Source: an uncultured Alphaproteobacteria bacterium (GTDB lineage: Bacteria > Pseudomonadota > Alphaproteobacteria > Rs-D84). Taken from it: 64,000 nucleotides of DNA. Positions 61,992-64,000 of the stretch are shown here, piece after piece. The stretch is from NCBI GenBank assembly GCA_944389465.1, contig CALXML010000001.1, positions 487 to 64,486 of the forward strand. The letters run 5' to 3'. Position 1 is the stretch's first letter; each line of letters starts with the position of its first letter. The translations under genes and the position numbers were made by a program. A model generated the notes under the pieces. That model was not told where the DNA came from and searched no databases. It was given only the letters and a program-made list of their open reading frames with translations.

Positions 61992-62051
61992 ATGAAAAAA
62001 TATTGTGTTTTCTTTGTCACAACAACTACTACAACCCCCGCGGGGGTGTAA
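61992..62051 (+). CDS. candidate Thr-rich leader peptide upstream of thrS (MKKYCVFFVTTTTTTPAGV)
   Basis: 19-codon ORF with six consecutive Thr codons (ACA ACA ACT ACT ACA ACC, 62019-62036). Its 3' part overlaps the hairpin CCCC-CGCG-GGGG. The ORF ends 85 nt upstream of the thrS ATG. Confidence 0.45.
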   Translation: MKKYCVFFVTTTTTTPAGV

Positions 62052-62136
62052 GATTCTGTTTGCGGTTTTATCCGCACAATGCAATAATTAAACAAATTCA
62101 ATTTTATTAAATTTTAACTGACAAAGGATTTTTATT

Positions 62137-63870
62137 ATGTCTTATCCAATTGAAACGATTCGTCATTCTTTGGCGCATGTTATGGCGGCAGCCGTACAGA
62201 AACTGTATCCAGATGTAAAATTTGCGGGTGGGCCGGCCATTGAAAATGGGTTTTATTATGACTTTGATACCGAACACAGATTTTCCGAGGATGATTTTGC
62301 AAAAATTGAAAAGGAAATGCGTGAATTGATTAAGTCTAATGGACGATTTGAACAGCGTAATGTGTCATTGGACGAAGCCAAGCAAATTTTTGCAAATCAG
62401 CCGTATAAAATGGAATGGTTGAATGAATATGATGCCGCAGGCGAGGCTTTATCTGTTTATACTTTCCGTGATTTTGTTGACCTGTGTCGTGGGCCACACG
62501 TTGAAAGTTCCAAAGATTTACCGCGTGACGCGTTCAAGATTCGCAATGTTGCCGGTGCTTATTGGAAGGGTGACGCAAAAAATAAAATGTTACAGCGCAT
62601 TTATGTTAATGCGTTTGCCAGCAAAGAAGAATTGGATGAATTTTTGAAAATGCAGGCCGAGGCTGCCGCACGTGATAACCGTAAATTGGGCAAGGATATG
62701 GATTTATTCCATTTTGAACCTGATTATGCACCGGGGGCGGTGTTCTGGCATGACAAGGGATATAAATTTTATCGTAAATTAATTGAATATATTCGCCATC
62801 GTCAGGAACGTGCCGGTTATCAGGAAATCTCAACGCCGTCCGTGATGGACCGGTCGCTGTGGGAACGCAGTGGCCATTGGGCTAAATATGGCGAACATAA
62901 TTATTCCGGTAAAACCCAAGATGGTAAAACGTTCTGTGTGAAACCGATGTCTTGTCCGGGGGGGATGTTGGTTTTTGGTCAGGGTATTAAATCATATAAA
63001 GATTTGCCGTTGTATTTGGCTGAATTTGGTAAAGTTAATCGGTACGAGGCCGCCGGTGGTTTGTCTGGCCTGATGCGGGTGCGTGAATTTACACAGGATG
63101 ATGCGCATATTTTCTGTACCGAAGAACAACTGGAAGAAGAGGTTGTAAAAATCTTGCGCTTTATCAAGGATATTTATGCAAAATTTGGATTTGATAAAAT
63201 TTCTATGAAATTGGCCACGCGCAAGGATTCTGAATTTCGTATCGGTTCTGATGAAATTTGGGACAAGGCCGAGGGCGCATTAAAACACGCATTGGATGCA
63301 AATGGCATTGAATATGAAATTGCGCCGGGGGATGCCGCGTTTTATGGGCCGAAAATTGATAACTATCTGAAAGATGCGCTGGGGCATACATGGCAATGTG
63401 GTACGGTTCAATTGGATATGAATTTGCCGGAACGCTTTGATTTGTCATATATTGGTGAAGATGGCGAAAAGCATCGTCCAATTATGCTGCATCGCGCGAT
63501 GTTGGGTTCAATTGAACGCTTTATGGGGATATTGCTGGAATCAACGGGTGGAAATTTGCCGTTGTGGTTATCGCCAGAACCCGTGGTTGTAACACCAATT
63601 TCAGAAAAGTTCCGCGATTATGCGGTTGAAATAGTTGACAGTCTGCGTGACGCGGGTGTGTATGCACGTGCTGATTTGCGTGATGAAAAGGTTAACTATA
63701 AAATCCGCGAATTATCTTTGGCAAAAACACCGATTATTGCGATTGTTGGTGAAAAAGAAATGGAAAATCGCACTGTGACGCTGCGCCGGTTGGGGGTGGA
63801 ACAACAGGAAAATATGCCATTGGATGAATTTATTGCCAATATGCGCAATGCGGTAAAAATACCGGCATAA
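62137..63870 (+). CDS. thrS: threonine-tRNA ligase (no N-terminal TGS domain)
   Basis: Starts at the editing-domain motif IRHSLAHVMAAAV. Class II core (FRDFVDLCRGPHV, RVREFTQDDAHIF, GSIERFMGILLE) and an anticodon-binding domain. Confidence 0.95.
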   Translation: MSYPIETIRHSLAHVMAAAVQKLYPDVKFAGGPAIENGFYYDFDTEHRFSEDDFAKIEKEMRELIKSNGRFEQRNVSLDEAKQIFANQPYKMEWLNEYDAAGEALSVYTFRDFVDLCRGPHVESSKDLPRDAFKIRNVAGAYWKGDAKNKMLQRIYVNAFASKEELDEFLKMQAEAAARDNRKLGKDMDLFHFEPDYAPGAVFWHDKGYKFYRKLIEYIRHRQERAGYQEISTPSVMDRSLWERSGHWAKYGEHNYSGKTQDGKTFCVKPMSCPGGMLVFGQGIKSYKDLPLYLAEFGKVNRYEAAGGLSGLMRVREFTQDDAHIFCTEEQLEEEVVKILRFIKDIYAKFGFDKISMKLATRKDSEFRIGSDEIWDKAEGALKHALDANGIEYEIAPGDAAFYGPKIDNYLKDALGHTWQCGTVQLDMNLPERFDLSYIGEDGEKHRPIMLHRAMLGSIERFMGILLESTGGNLPLWLSPEPVVVTPISEKFRDYAVEIVDSLRDAGVYARADLRDEKVNYKIRELSLAKTPIIAIVGEKEMENRTVTLRRLGVEQQENMPLDEFIANMRNAVKIPA

Positions 63871-63883
63871 ATGTAAAAAAATG

Positions 63884-63910
63884 TGGCGCGGTTGTTCCGC
63901 GCCATTATAA
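63884..63910 (+). terminator. intrinsic terminator
   Basis: TGGCGCGG-TTGT-TCCGCGCCA followed by TTATAATTATTT (weak U-tract). Confidence 0.5.
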
Positions 63911-63944
63911 TTATTTGTGTATAACAAATATTAAAGGAAAGGTT

Positions 63945-64000
63945 ATGAAAAAAACATTATTATTGTTGGCAATTGTTGGTATGCCGCTGATTTTGTCTGC
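63945..64000 (+). CDS. 5' end of a secreted or lipoprotein gene (runs off the window)
   Basis: AAAGGAAAGG RBS, then ATG 63945. MKKTLLLLAIVGMPLILS... is signal-peptide-like. Confidence 0.4.
   Translation, partial: MKKTLLLLAIVGMPLILS

Noticed and set aside
1-64000. Prophage, IS element, integron or conjugative element content
   Set aside because: No transposase, integrase other than XerD, phage structural or conjugation genes were recognisable in any frame. The GH24-like lysozyme domain at 50880-52823 is embedded in a TM/TPR protein with housekeeping neighbours.

Overview
Moderately AT-rich bacterial chromosome segment, with GC judged by eye rather than computed. Gene content points to an alphaproteobacterium, possibly host-associated, because MucR/Ros, SecB, DUF721/DciA, an RHH_4-type protein and an AddB-like nuclease are all present; this placement is inference. 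Most of the window is housekeeping: rsmI, engB, xthA, mnmE, ruvA, yebC, ruvC, mltA, secB, recA, typA, serS, trxB, xerD, greA, mutL, yajC-secDF, ftsK, fabD, rarA, trmB, gltX and thrS. A six-gene glycosyltransferase island lies between recA and typA. No rRNA, tRNA, CRISPR array, transposase or prophage was recognised. The main finding is a dispersed family of small cysteine-rich secreted proteins (loci A 5884-6735, B 32649-33527, C 61438-61941, plus two duplicated two-gene cassettes at 13952-14677 and 17349-18064) with two unusual control layers. (1) At loci A and C the RBS, the ATG and the first ~16 codons of the signal peptide lie on a 77-79 bp segment flanked by 12-bp inverted repeats with core CCACCG/CGGTGG. 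That segment is flipped away from the gene in this assembly. Inverting it in silico restores a complete in-frame Sec signal peptide at both loci. This looks like an intragenic phase-variation switch captured in the OFF state. Locus B has its start exon fixed in the ON orientation and a second inverted-repeat pair around a 90-bp upstream segment. (2) The two duplicated cassettes and an XRE-family regulator gene are each preceded by a copy of a ~150-230 nt structured leader RNA. Compensatory base changes occur in four helices across the three copies, and each copy has an anti-SD-like element and an intrinsic terminator, so it is a candidate riboswitch or attenuator. Other notable points are a 19-codon leader ORF with six consecutive Thr codons directly upstream of thrS, a YbeY-Lnt fusion ORF, mosaic palindromic REP/MITE-like repeats bracketing the cassettes, and an RHH / SUKH-like / membrane-protein operon. 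All calls come from reading the sequence and ORF translations by eye; no database search was run.
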